Made by a program: the position numbers and the translations under genes
Assembly (NCBI GenBank): GCA_964587885.1
Contig: CAZPME010000005.1
Span: forward strand, 17,115-81,114
Source: an uncultured Candidatus Poseidoniales archaeon
GTDB lineage: Archaea > Thermoplasmatota > Poseidoniia > Poseidoniales > Poseidoniaceae
DNA length: 64,000 bases
Direction of reading: 5' to 3'
Shown: one piece after another, positions 53,640-63,238 of the stretch
Layout: each line of letters starts with the position of its first letter
Numbering within the stretch: the first letter of the stretch is position 1
The notes under the pieces: generated by a model
Told to the model about the DNA's origin: nothing
The model's input: the letters and a program-made list of their open reading frames with translations, nothing else
Database searches by the model: none

Positions 53640-56369
53640 TTAATCGCCACCAAAGGCAAAAAGGTTTGATTGGCGATTACCAGCCAACAATTCCTTGGCC
53701 GACCAATTGAAGGCTTCCGTTACTCGCCCGAATGCGGTTGCCAAGCGCTCGGCATAGAATTCTCCATCATAGGATTCGATGCCACCATTTTCTTGGCCTT
53801 CATCCCAAGGCTCAACCTCCATCGGTCGTTGGCGAGCATTGGTAACGACGAAGGCAACTTTCATACCGGGAGTAAAAGGCAGATTGCGCTCGATGCGTTT
53901 GCGAGCCGCTTGTACTGAGGCTTGCCCATCCGGATTGGCATAATGTTGGCTAAAGTCGACATTGCCTTTTTTGTCGATTTTACCCTTACAAGTTTTACTA
54001 ATCACCAATTGTTCAAGTGGAAATTCACAGCGCTTAGCGATTTGGATTTGCTCCATTGCCGATTTGACCGCCGCATCGTGATTACCATCGAGAACATCGT
54101 CGAAGATGTTCTGCATGCCGCTAGTCAATGCATCAAACGAGTCGGTTCTTTGAGTCTCATAACCGCGGATGATGATATCCTCATCAGGATATACTACGCG
54201 TCCGACATAGCGTTTTTTTGCCCCATGTGAGAAAAATACGGACAGTCCCTTCTCAAATTCAAGTACCGCACCATCGGCGGTATAACGCTCGGCTAAATTT
54301 TCGCCGAATTGCGTCAAGTCATTACGCGCCTGCTCCCATTCTTGCAATTCCCTCGAGGGTTCAGATTCCAATTCAGTATTCCTTTCTGTACCTTTTTTCG
54401 GGTCAATTTGTTTGGTATTTTGCAAAGGTTTGTTTGGTGAAGTGGCAAATCCTGCTTTCACGAAAATCGAATCGGTATCAGAATATACTACATCGACACC
54501 TTCTTTTTCTAGGCCTTGGATTATCGATTTGATATTGTGGCGCGCCCAAGCGGTTATTGAAGAACCAAGATCGATATGGGTAAAGCGGTAAAATGAGGAG
54601 GCAAAAACCCCATAAAACGAATTCATCATTATTTTTACTGCATATTGCATTGCATCGTGAAAGGCAATTTCTTGATTCGCCCCATTACTGCGTGCTGCGG
54701 CTAATGCGGTCTTGTGGGAGTCGCGCTTTTCCATTAGTCCCTCGAGGAGAAATGGAATCATCCCCTTGGAATAATCAGCGGAACGGAATTTTGCACCGGT
54801 GGGTGAGGTGTGAATTTCCTCGTCTTCAGATGGTTGGTCGGGGTGGTGGCCATCGATTCTAGTGGTGTAGCAAATATTGTGTTTAATCATGATAGAAGGA
54901 TACATAGATTTGAAATCAAGTACTGCAATCCAGGGGTGCAGTCCTGCTTCGACGTCGTGAACATAGCCTCCTGTAATCCTAGAATCCGAAGTTACTCGAT
55001 TAGTCATTGGTACCGCGATATTGCGTTTGTCGGCAAGTCGAATTACCAAACTGTCGAGTAGTTGACTGGTGGTTCCGTTGGCTGCGGTATCCAAGCTTAC
55101 TTTGGCGACTACCCCAACTGCTTCTTTGCGGCGAACCGCTTGTACTCCGCGCAGTATTGCCAATGGTAATTCGGCATCACGGGCGCAATACTCAATCACT
55201 TCATCTGGGCGATTGGCCCATTCTTCATCCATTTTGCTGGCATCAATATCCATTTTTTGTAGATCTTCACGCTCAGGAAACAACAGGCTTGAGACGAATT
55301 TCAGAGTCTCACGTTTCGGGCGTAATGCCATCCTTGCTTGCCACCAAGCATCCATCACGCAACGTCCAGCGAGATTCCAAACGCGGGTATTACCTCGTTT
55401 TGGCACCACTGAATCACGATTGCGCTTGACCTCATCTTCCGTGCGCGGAACTCTGCCCCATCCCGATAATTCCGCGCGTCGACGCCAACGTCCTCGCCCA
55501 CTGATAACTTGTGTTCTTTCAGTAATGCGTGGCAAGTCGAAATTATCGATATTGTAGCCAGTGATAATATCGGCATCACTGGTGCGTACGAAATTAGTTA
55601 ACTTCGCCATAATATCGTCTTCCTCACCGGCAAAGGTGACAGTCTTCCTCTCTCCAGTTCCCCAATTTTCGACGCAGGCCGCCGCACAAAGGATGGTATC
55701 GTGAGTAATACTGGTTTCCAAATCAAAGGAGAGCACGATATATGGTGCTTGGAATGGCTGACATTCTTGACAATCAGAATATTCTGCGGAGATGATGAAA
55801 TCTACTGGATAGATTCCTGAACCACCTTGTTGACGAATTCGATGTGCGATACTCAATTCATCTTCTCCGGCATTCACTTGTGCGTATTCATCGGGTGCAC
55901 CTTCGCCAGCGTAAATGACCTCCCCGGCGACCGAAATATGCGGCCCCAAATCACCATCAAAGAAAAATCGCCGCTGGAAAATAATATCGGCGGCGGTCAA
56001 TTGCCAATTATCCTCGGATAATTTTTCTCGCAATCGCGGCACCAAATATGGTTGGTTGACTTCAACCTTCCAATGTAATTTCACCCCAAGGTCAGTCCAC
56101 TTGAGTTCTGGTTCATGAATTCGGTCAACTTCTTCCAATTCGCTGACTCGTTGCAGGCGATGTTCAAGGTCGACCGGTAATTCATTGGGGTCATCACAAA
56201 TTCCGGGAATAGAAATTTCAAGCCATGGGCGCAAACCATTGACCAATATTAGTGCAGAATGACCTGCACGGGTTCGCACCCATAGTTCAATCGTCGAACG
56301 CGGCTTTTTTTCGAAAACTGAAGAATGATAGCGAGCGTTGACGACTGCGCAATCAAGGTTGACCTGCAT
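53640..56369 (-). CDS. polB: Family B DNA polymerase
   Basis: Exo I LSFDLET, Exo II ITGYNIDNFDLP, Pol motif A DFKSMYPSIM, motif B KIMMNSFYGV, motif C YSDTDSIFV. No intein-sized insertion. Confidence 0.95.
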   Translation of the reverse strand: MQVNLDCAVVNARYHSSVFEKKPRSTIELWVRTRAGHSALILVNGLRPWLEISIPGICDDPNELPVDLEHRLQRVSELEEVDRIHEPELKWTDLGVKLHWKVEVNQPYLVPRLREKLSEDNWQLTAADIIFQRRFFFDGDLGPHISVAGEVIYAGEGAPDEYAQVNAGEDELSIAHRIRQQGGSGIYPVDFIISAEYSDCQECQPFQAPYIVLSFDLETSITHDTILCAAACVENWGTGERKTVTFAGEEDDIMAKLTNFVRTSDADIITGYNIDNFDLPRITERTQVISGRGRWRRRAELSGWGRVPRTEDEVKRNRDSVVPKRGNTRVWNLAGRCVMDAWWQARMALRPKRETLKFVSSLLFPEREDLQKMDIDASKMDEEWANRPDEVIEYCARDAELPLAILRGVQAVRRKEAVGVVAKVSLDTAANGTTSQLLDSLVIRLADKRNIAVPMTNRVTSDSRITGGYVHDVEAGLHPWIAVLDFKSMYPSIMIKHNICYTTRIDGHHPDQPSEDEEIHTSPTGAKFRSADYSKGMIPFLLEGLMEKRDSHKTALAAARSNGANQEIAFHDAMQYAVKIMMNSFYGVFASSFYRFTHIDLGSSITAWARHNIKSIIQGLEKEGVDVVYSDTDSIFVKAGFATSPNKPLQNTKQIDPKKGTERNTELESEPSRELQEWEQARNDLTQFGENLAERYTADGAVLEFEKGLSVFFSHGAKKRYVGRVVYPDEDIIIRGYETQRTDSFDALTSGMQNIFDDVLDGNHDAAVKSAMEQIQIAKRCEFPLEQLVISKTCKGKIDKKGNVDFSQHYANPDGQASVQAARKRIERNLPFTPGMKVAFVVTNARQRPMEVEPWDEGQENGGIESYDGEFYAERLATAFGRVTEAFNWSAKELLAGNRQSNLFAFGGD

Positions 56370-56512
56370 CGCTAATCAACCACCTTTCAGTGCCACTTGC
56401 CCTTAGACCTTCACTAACCCCAGCAACGAATCTTTTGCCCATCTAATTACCACGCAATCATTGAAAGGTTAACACTCATGCGTTTAGTTGAGCGGCGAGG
56501 AGTGGGAATTTG

Positions 56513-57571
56513 ATGACGGGTCCAGCAGCAGATTTTGATTGGGATTCACTAACATTTTCTCTCACCCAAACTGACTTCATGTATGTCGCTACTTGCAATT
56601 TAGGCGATGCTTGGGAGGTTGGCGAGATTAAGCCATATGGGGATTTGGCGATTGACCCTGCCGCTGGCGTGCTAAACTACGGCCAAGGTATTTTTGAGGG
56701 TATGAAAGCCCAGCGTACCTTGCAAGGTCGAATTTCCCTATTCCGGCCGGAGGAAAATGCCCGTCGTTTTCAGCGTGGAGCGGCCCGTTTGGGTATGCCT
56801 CCTGTACCTGAATCATTATTCATTGACGCAGTTGAGCAAGTGGTTGCGGCCAATTCATCTTGGATTCCACCAAGTGGTCGCGGCGCCCTATATGTTCGCC
56901 CAGTCTTATGGGGAACCGGTCCAATCATGGGGGTTGCACCAGCACCATCCTACACATTCTGCATCTATGTTACTCCAGTTGGGCCATACTTTAGAGGTGG
57001 ATTGTCAGCGATTGAGTTACTGATTTCTGATGAGTACCATCGAGCCGCTCCAGGTGGTTCTGGCGGGGTCAAAGCCATTGGTAACTACGCACCGGGAATG
57101 ATGCCGTCAAAGAATGCCAAAAAGAGTGGCTTTGCTGAAGTCATCTATCTCGATGCAGTTGAGCACAAATATATCGAAGAGGTGGGAGCAGCCAACTTTT
57201 TCTGCGTCAAGGATAAAGTACTCTACACTCCAGAACTTACCGGCACAATCTTGCCCGGTATTACCCGTGATTCAATCATTCAGATTGCTCGCCATCGCGG
57301 CTACGAAGTTAACGAAATCAAAGTCACGGCAGAATTTGCCGATCTTGCGGATGAGTGTTTTTGCTGTGGGACGGCAGCGGTAATTTCACCGATTGGTTCG
57401 ATTTCACAAGGTGGTGAAAAGACTGTATTTTGTGAAGGAGGTATTGGACCAATTACTAGAGAATTGTATAATGCTCTAACCGGGATTCAAACCGAAATGG
57501 CCGAAGACCCATTTGATTGGTTACACACCGTCGATGTTGAATTACCATTGAATATGGCTGAAATGTCCTAA
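56513..57571 (+). CDS. ilvE: Branched-chain amino acid aminotransferase (class IV, long type)
   Basis: NYGQGIFEGMKA, LYVRPVLWGTG, GGVKAIGNYA, EEVGAANFF, GITRDS. ATG 56513 is preferred over TTG 56510, with a GAGGAG upstream. Confidence 0.9.
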   Translation: MTGPAADFDWDSLTFSLTQTDFMYVATCNLGDAWEVGEIKPYGDLAIDPAAGVLNYGQGIFEGMKAQRTLQGRISLFRPEENARRFQRGAARLGMPPVPESLFIDAVEQVVAANSSWIPPSGRGALYVRPVLWGTGPIMGVAPAPSYTFCIYVTPVGPYFRGGLSAIELLISDEYHRAAPGGSGGVKAIGNYAPGMMPSKNAKKSGFAEVIYLDAVEHKYIEEVGAANFFCVKDKVLYTPELTGTILPGITRDSIIQIARHRGYEVNEIKVTAEFADLADECFCCGTAAVISPIGSISQGGEKTVFCEGGIGPITRELYNALTGIQTEMAEDPFDWLHTVDVELPLNMAEMS

Positions 57572-57939
57572 ATCATTTCTCGGGCCGCTTCAACATCGTC
57601 GACGGTAAAGGCGATTACACCCTTATCATCATCTTTAGACATAATGTAAATTGATTTGATGTTAATACCAGCATTGGCTAATGTCCGCGATAGTCCAGCC
57701 AGCGCTCCTGCTTGATGAGGTAAGGTGACCAAAAGGACTTCTTCGTCATGGTATTCGTACCCAAGACTATCCAAAACCGATTTGGTTCCCGGAGCATCAT
57801 CGGTAATTATTGCCAGTATTGCTCCGGTGGCGGTCATCGCTGCAGCGGTCAAGATATTGATTTGGGCACTAGCTAGTGATTCGCATAGGTTGGCTAACTC
57901 TCCGGGGCGGTCGGGAAGTTTAACTGAATATTCACGCAT
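57568..57939 (-). CDS. ACT-domain protein (two ACT-like halves)
   Basis: ORF 57568..58182 trimmed to ATG 57939. It has two copies of the pattern L-P-x-x-P/A-G-x-L-A-x-L-x-x-x-L-A-x-A-x-I-N-I. Confidence 0.75.
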   Translation of the reverse strand: MREYSVKLPDRPGELANLCESLASAQINILTAAAMTATGAILAIITDDAPGTKSVLDSLGYEYHDEEVLLVTLPHQAGALAGLSRTLANAGINIKSIYIMSKDDDKGVIAFTVDDVEAAREMI

Positions 57940-58088
57940 AGTGATTCTGCGGCATGTTTTACCTATGAGTATTATTGAAAAAAAACACCTTTGCAGCCAT
58001 TTCGCCACCCCAGTCAAGTACTCGGAATGTCCAAAGAGGGTGGTGTGCAAGGGAATCTTTGATGATGAGTGGAGTGGACCGAGAGGTG

Positions 58089-59312
58089 ATGGCAGCGCGC
58101 TTTGTGACCACTTCACTTCTTTGCTTGGTCCTAATGACCAGTGGTTTAGCCGGTTGTTTTGCCGATGATGATGAGAAATCAAATACCTTAGACGCTAATT
58201 TTTCTTATTCTCCAGATAAAAATATCAAAGTCGATGACGATATTGAATTCAATGCCTCTGAATCACTCCCCCAGGATGGGACTTTGACTTATCGTTGGGA
58301 CTTCAACGGCGATGGTGCAGTTGATGACACCGGTAAAACCGCAACATGGTCATATTCCATTGATGGCTCTTACAATGTCACATTGACGATTACCGATGGG
58401 AGTAAGGAATCACAGAAGACCGAGCAATTGACAATTCTAGGGGCTGATGCGGCAGTGCCAACCGCTGATGCTGGTACCGATTGGGCAGAAGAGGACTGTG
58501 ATGGTGAGGATGGTTCTAATCCAACTAATGGTCAAATTTCTGAACGATACCTAATCTACATTTGCGAGGATAAGGGTGATGAAGACAGAACAATTTCCGC
58601 TACCACTAATGTGAATCTTGATGCCTCATCCAGTACTGCTGGTGGCGAATCTTATCTAACTCAGTGGTCGTGGGATCTCGATGCAATGACCGATAGTGAT
58701 GGTGATGGTATTGTCGATAATGATGATGAGGCAAACGGTCAGACCTTTGAATGGAAGAATATTGCTCCAGGTGAGTACATACTTTCCCTTACCGTAACAA
58801 ATAGTGAAGGTCTAAATGATTCAATGACATTCAAAGTATTCGTAAATTATGTCGGAATTTGGAAGGATTTCAACCAACCCGCTAATACTTCTGCTGGCAG
58901 TAGCGGGAGCCCAGGCGAGACTTGGTTTGAATACAACGTAATCTATGACGATGAATCTGGCAATACTATCGTACGTGCCGAGTATTGGCTTACCTACCCT
59001 AAGGAGGATAGTGATTGGGTGGTCGGCCAGGGAAGTGATTCTGATCGCAACAAATTGGACATTTACGTATTCAATGAGAGCGACGAAGAAGTTTGGAATA
59101 GTTCTTACATTGGTCAAGATGAACAAGATACTACCAAACAGCGTAGTGCTGGAGATTGCTCAGAGGAGAATGATTGCATACAGGCGTCAATTTCACGTTC
59201 GCAAATGCGACCCGATAGAAAAGGTGATGGCGAGTGGACAGTCAAGATTCACAACGACCGCTACAATGATGTGCAAGTTGTCGAATTTAGAATCCTACTT
59301 ACCTACAAATAG
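58089..59312 (+). CDS. Lipobox-bearing secreted protein with PKD domain
   Basis: ORF 57975..59312 trimmed to ATG 58089 (MAARFVTTSLLCLVLMTSGLAGC). PKD pattern FNASESLPQDGTLTYRWDFNGDG...WSYSIDGSYNVTLTITDG. Confidence 0.7.
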   Translation: MAARFVTTSLLCLVLMTSGLAGCFADDDEKSNTLDANFSYSPDKNIKVDDDIEFNASESLPQDGTLTYRWDFNGDGAVDDTGKTATWSYSIDGSYNVTLTITDGSKESQKTEQLTILGADAAVPTADAGTDWAEEDCDGEDGSNPTNGQISERYLIYICEDKGDEDRTISATTNVNLDASSSTAGGESYLTQWSWDLDAMTDSDGDGIVDNDDEANGQTFEWKNIAPGEYILSLTVTNSEGLNDSMTFKVFVNYVGIWKDFNQPANTSAGSSGSPGETWFEYNVIYDDESGNTIVRAEYWLTYPKEDSDWVVGQGSDSDRNKLDIYVFNESDEEVWNSSYIGQDEQDTTKQRSAGDCSEENDCIQASISRSQMRPDRKGDGEWTVKIHNDRYNDVQVVEFRILLTYK

Positions 59313-59315
59313 GTA

Positions 59316-59723
59316 TTAGGCCAATACAGGAATTGGGATAGAGCCCATTCTATCTTGGCTCGCTTCATCAAGAGGGACTTCAAGCCTCTCGGCCAATTCA
59401 CGGTCGATGTGGATACGGACAGTTAGAGTAGTTTGACCCATAGATTTTCCCTGTGCATCAGTCTTCATCGAAACTGTACCACCTCCTTGAAGCGCCTTGT
59501 CCATTGTACAGTTTAGTGCACCAATGCCTGGAACTTCAAAGACTTTGATTCTACCATGGACTTCGTCGCCCCATGCTTCGGCGAGCCAATTACTTGTAAC
59601 TCCTTGTTTGAGCAGGGGATACCATGCTTGATTTCTTGCAATGATGCCGATATTTACCATATCGCCTTTATCTCCAGATCTCGCATGAGCGATACTCCCC
59701 AATGGAATCCAAATATTACTCAA
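59316..59723 (-). CDS. DUF4387-like small protein (AtuA partner)
   Basis: 135 aa with LGSIAHARSGDKGDMVNIGIIA near the N-terminus. There is a 4-nt overlap with the upstream AtuA-like gene, the usual pairing. Confidence 0.6.
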   Translation of the reverse strand: MSNIWIPLGSIAHARSGDKGDMVNIGIIARNQAWYPLLKQGVTSNWLAEAWGDEVHGRIKVFEVPGIGALNCTMDKALQGGGTVSMKTDAQGKSMGQTTLTVRIHIDRELAERLEVPLDEASQDRMGSIPIPVLA

Positions 59724-61309
59724 TATATTTTCCCTCCTCGCACGGGTTTTTCCAATTCACGTAATACTCTTCCAGCGATTCTCTTGGTTATACGTCTGTT
59801 CTCATTTTCTGCTAGTTTTTGTAATCGATTGAATATGCTCGTCTCCAAATTTGGCCTGCGGTCAGTTAGGGCTTTGCGCAGAGTCCTCAACATAGGAATC
59901 TCAATTCGTGCCTCAACCATGCTGCGGTCGACCAGTAAAGGAACAAATCTCAATTGTGCCCGAGGCCGTGGGCGTGCCGAATAGCCACATACGCCAGCCG
60001 GCCCAGTCAAAACCAATGGAGAAATTGATTTTGCAAATGTTTCGACATCTTTCCTATTCGGTGAAGTTGCCGACCAACGAATCATTAGTTCTGGAATTTC
60101 ATCGTGCAATTCCATCCCACCTGAAGGCATTGTAATTCCAGTTCCAATCATTTCAGTATGGATGTTTAGGCTTTCTAAGCCTTTCAATCGCTGCCTTAGA
60201 ATGTAGTCGGTAGCTTTTGATTTGGCGATTGCTTGCGGCCCAGGAACCAACAGAGTTGATGAGGCAAACCATCCATCAGGATAACACGCCGAAACTTTGA
60301 GTTTCTCAGGGCGCCGTCGCCCTCTAGCACCTTGTACTTCAATGCGGTCCGGGCCAATTTCATCCAAACTCACAGCGGTAATGTCAAGAATTACATCAGG
60401 GGTGAGATATGCGGCTGGGTCGCCGATTTCATACAACAATTGCTCGGCAACATTTGCTCTAGTTACCGCTCCACCACTACCACTTGGTTTGGTGATAACT
60501 GAGGTTCCATCATCATGAATTTCAGCAATCGGGTAACCAATGTTGACTAGGTCATTAATGTCAGGCCAAGAATCTGCATTGCCACCGCTAACTTGCGCTC
60601 CACATTCAATCAAATGTCCTGCGAGTGTCCATCCTGCGATGATATCTAATGGATGAGTTACTTCTATTGGCGCCCATGTATCAATTGAACTGCTCAAAGG
60701 AAGTTGTTTGGCTGCTGCGTTTGCAGCCCAACCTGATGAATGTAACATTGAGCCAACGATTAGACTTGCATCTGCAACACGCCCACACAGAACAATATCT
60801 GCACCTTGCTGCAGGGCTCGAGCAATCGGCCCTGCACCGATATATGCGTTCGCTGATGTCAACAAGGAAACCTTGTCTTCCTCAATGCAACCTCCATCTA
60901 AGGTATGTAATTGTCCTGCCGTATTTAATTCAATTATCTGCTGATGAATGTCATCTCCTATAACCATAGCAATTTGGCAATCAATCCATCCCAATGCACA
61001 AGCCAATCCCAGTACTGCTTCAGCACAGGCTTTGGGATTTGCTCCACCAGCATTGGTAACCAATTTGGTTCCTTGTTCCTTGAGAATTTCCATTCCACCT
61101 TCTTGTAACCAATCTAAGAGGTCGGTTGCCCACCCAGATGTTTTGTCGCGAGATTTTTGTTTGTGCATTATCGACATCGTTACTTCAGCAAGATAGTCCA
61201 TCGTTAGGTAATCGACTTTAGCGCTATTGAGAAGGTGTACCGGGGCCATAACTTGATCCCCCCAAAAACCACCTGCTCCGGCGACAAGAGTCACATTATC
61301 GGATGCCAT
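59720..61309 (-). CDS. AtuA-family (DUF1446, acyclic terpene utilization-like) protein
   Basis: ORF 59720..61417 trimmed to ATG 61309 (MASDNVTLVAGAGGFWGDQ). The N-terminal G-x-G-G-F-W-G-D and the ~530-aa length fit my recollection of AtuA-like proteins. Confidence 0.65.
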   Translation of the reverse strand: MASDNVTLVAGAGGFWGDQVMAPVHLLNSAKVDYLTMDYLAEVTMSIMHKQKSRDKTSGWATDLLDWLQEGGMEILKEQGTKLVTNAGGANPKACAEAVLGLACALGWIDCQIAMVIGDDIHQQIIELNTAGQLHTLDGGCIEEDKVSLLTSANAYIGAGPIARALQQGADIVLCGRVADASLIVGSMLHSSGWAANAAAKQLPLSSSIDTWAPIEVTHPLDIIAGWTLAGHLIECGAQVSGGNADSWPDINDLVNIGYPIAEIHDDGTSVITKPSGSGGAVTRANVAEQLLYEIGDPAAYLTPDVILDITAVSLDEIGPDRIEVQGARGRRRPEKLKVSACYPDGWFASSTLLVPGPQAIAKSKATDYILRQRLKGLESLNIHTEMIGTGITMPSGGMELHDEIPELMIRWSATSPNRKDVETFAKSISPLVLTGPAGVCGYSARPRPRAQLRFVPLLVDRSMVEARIEIPMLRTLRKALTDRRPNLETSIFNRLQKLAENENRRITKRIAGRVLRELEKPVRGGKIY

Positions 61310-61463
61310 CTTGGTGTAATAATTACACTCAAGTACATGTTCTTTTCCCCTAATAATAGGCAAAATGCTCATATCCGCTATTTTTTCCCCCCTGTTAACA
61401 CCAATCGGCTTCACCACTCCCGAGTAATGCTACGATGCCATAGCACTCTAATACCGGCGCGTT

Positions 61464-61470
61464 CATATAT
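61464..61470 (+). promoter_or_regulatory. Candidate TATA box upstream of the EF-1alpha gene (with GGAG at 61498-61501 as a possible Shine-Dalgarno)
   Basis: GTTCATATATGGG lies about 40-46 nt upstream of ATG 61510. GGAG lies 8 nt upstream. Pattern only. Confidence 0.25.
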
Positions 61471-61509
61471 GGGTGGTTTGTCGGCGGGTCGCTAATTGGA
61501 GTTAATACC

Positions 61510-62799
61510 ATGGGTTCACAGTGGGAAGATAAGAGTAAGCCGCACCTAAACATAGTTTTCATCGGTCACGTTGACCATGGAAAATCGACTACAGTAGGAC
61601 GTTTAATGTTGGATAGCGGTCATATTGAAGCGCACGTAATTGAGAAGTTCGAGAAGGAAGCCGCTGAGCGCGGCAAAGCCGGATTCGGGTTCGCATACGT
61701 GATGGACGGATTGAAGGAAGAGCGTGAGCGTGGAATTACTATCGACGTAGCACACAAGGAATTCTTCACCCCTAATTACTACTGGACTGTCATTGACGCA
61801 CCAGGTCACCGTGATTTCGTCAAGAACATGATTACTGGTACCAGCCAAGCTGACGCTGCAGTTCTACTCTGTGCCGCTAACGACGGTGTTAACGCTCAAA
61901 CCAAGGAGCACGCTTTCCTAGCACGTGTACTCGGTGTTAAGCAACTCATCGTCATGATCAACAAGATGGACATTTCCGGTGTTGATTGGGCTCAAGCAAA
62001 GTATGACTCGGCAAAGCAGGAAGTTAGCGATCTGTTGAAGATGGCTGGATTCAATCCTGCTGATGTACCAATGGTTCCTGGCTCCGCTTTGAATGGAGAT
62101 AACGTCTTCAACAAGTCGGAAAACACCTCATGGTACGACGGACCAACACTATTCGAAGCCATTGACCAAGTGCAGATGCCACCTAAGCCAATCGACAAGC
62201 CACTACGCATGCCGATTCAGGACGTCTACAAGATTGGTGGAATCGGAACTGTCCCAGTCGGTAAGATTGAGACCGGTATTCTACATGCTGGAAAGACCAT
62301 TACCTTCAACCCAAGCCAACAAAGTGCTGAAGTGAAGAGTATTGAGATGCACCACACCTCGGTACCAAAGGCTGAACCAGGTGACAACGTTGGTTTCAAC
62401 GTCCGTGGTCTATCGGCAACCGACATCCGCCGTGGTGACGTTGCTGGATACACCGATAACGAACCAATGTTCGTTCGTCACGACGAATCTTTCGTCGGTC
62501 AAATCCAGTTGATGGACATACCAAAGGCTATCTCGGTCGGATACACACCTGTATTCCACTGCCACACCGCTCAGGTCGCATGCCGCTTCCTTGAGTTGTT
62601 GGAGAAGCAGAACAAGGCTGGTAAGGAAGCCAGCCCGAGTTTCATGAAGACCGGTGATGCTGGACTTATTCGTTTCCAGCCAACCAAGCCTCTAGCTATT
62701 GAACAAATGGACAAGTTCCCTGAACTGTCTCGCTTCGCTATTCGTGATATGGGCAAGACCGTCGCTGCCGGCGTCTGCATCAAGATTGATAAGAAGTGA
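61510..62799 (+). CDS. tuf: Translation elongation factor 1-alpha (aEF-1alpha)
   Basis: GHVDHGKSTTVGRL, DAPGHRDFVKNMITG, NKMD, and full-length archaeal/eukaryotic EF-1alpha-type domains II and III. Confidence 0.97.
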   Translation: MGSQWEDKSKPHLNIVFIGHVDHGKSTTVGRLMLDSGHIEAHVIEKFEKEAAERGKAGFGFAYVMDGLKEERERGITIDVAHKEFFTPNYYWTVIDAPGHRDFVKNMITGTSQADAAVLLCAANDGVNAQTKEHAFLARVLGVKQLIVMINKMDISGVDWAQAKYDSAKQEVSDLLKMAGFNPADVPMVPGSALNGDNVFNKSENTSWYDGPTLFEAIDQVQMPPKPIDKPLRMPIQDVYKIGGIGTVPVGKIETGILHAGKTITFNPSQQSAEVKSIEMHHTSVPKAEPGDNVGFNVRGLSATDIRRGDVAGYTDNEPMFVRHDESFVGQIQLMDIPKAISVGYTPVFHCHTAQVACRFLELLEKQNKAGKEASPSFMKTGDAGLIRFQPTKPLAIEQMDKFPELSRFAIRDMGKTVAAGVCIKIDKK

Positions 62800-62854
62800 G
62801 ATTCCTCTAACACTTAGATTATTGATGAGGAAAATCAGGGGATTGTGGCATTAA

Positions 62855-63184
62855 ATGGCTGGAATAACCGTAATCAAGTTGACCGGTGAGAATCACCGAG
62901 ATATCGACCACGTCAGTGACCAAATCAAAGCGATTTGTGATGGTGGCGGAGTCGAATTGCGCGGTCCAATACCATTGCCAACTCGTCGGTTGATCGTTCC
63001 TTGCCGTAAAGCTCCTTCAGGAGAAGGTAACGAAACTTATGATCACTGGGAGATGCGAATTCACAAGCGTCTATTGGAGATGAAGATTAGTACTGCTAAG
63101 GACCAGACGGCTTTGCGTAGTATTGCCAAGATTGCAATCCCAGATACAGTTAGTATCGAACTTAGTATGCGTACTGTCTACTAA
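62855..63184 (+). CDS. rps10: 30S ribosomal protein S10
   Basis: ELRGPIPLPTRRLIVPCRKAPSGEGNETYDHWEMRIHKRLL matches the S10 core. It has the conserved position immediately downstream of EF-1alpha. Confidence 0.9.
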   Translation: MAGITVIKLTGENHRDIDHVSDQIKAICDGGGVELRGPIPLPTRRLIVPCRKAPSGEGNETYDHWEMRIHKRLLEMKISTAKDQTALRSIAKIAIPDTVSIELSMRTVY

Positions 63185-63238
63185 AAAAACCTCAACGTAC
63201 TTCATTTTACTTGAGCGACATTTTTTGGCTAGTTATGC

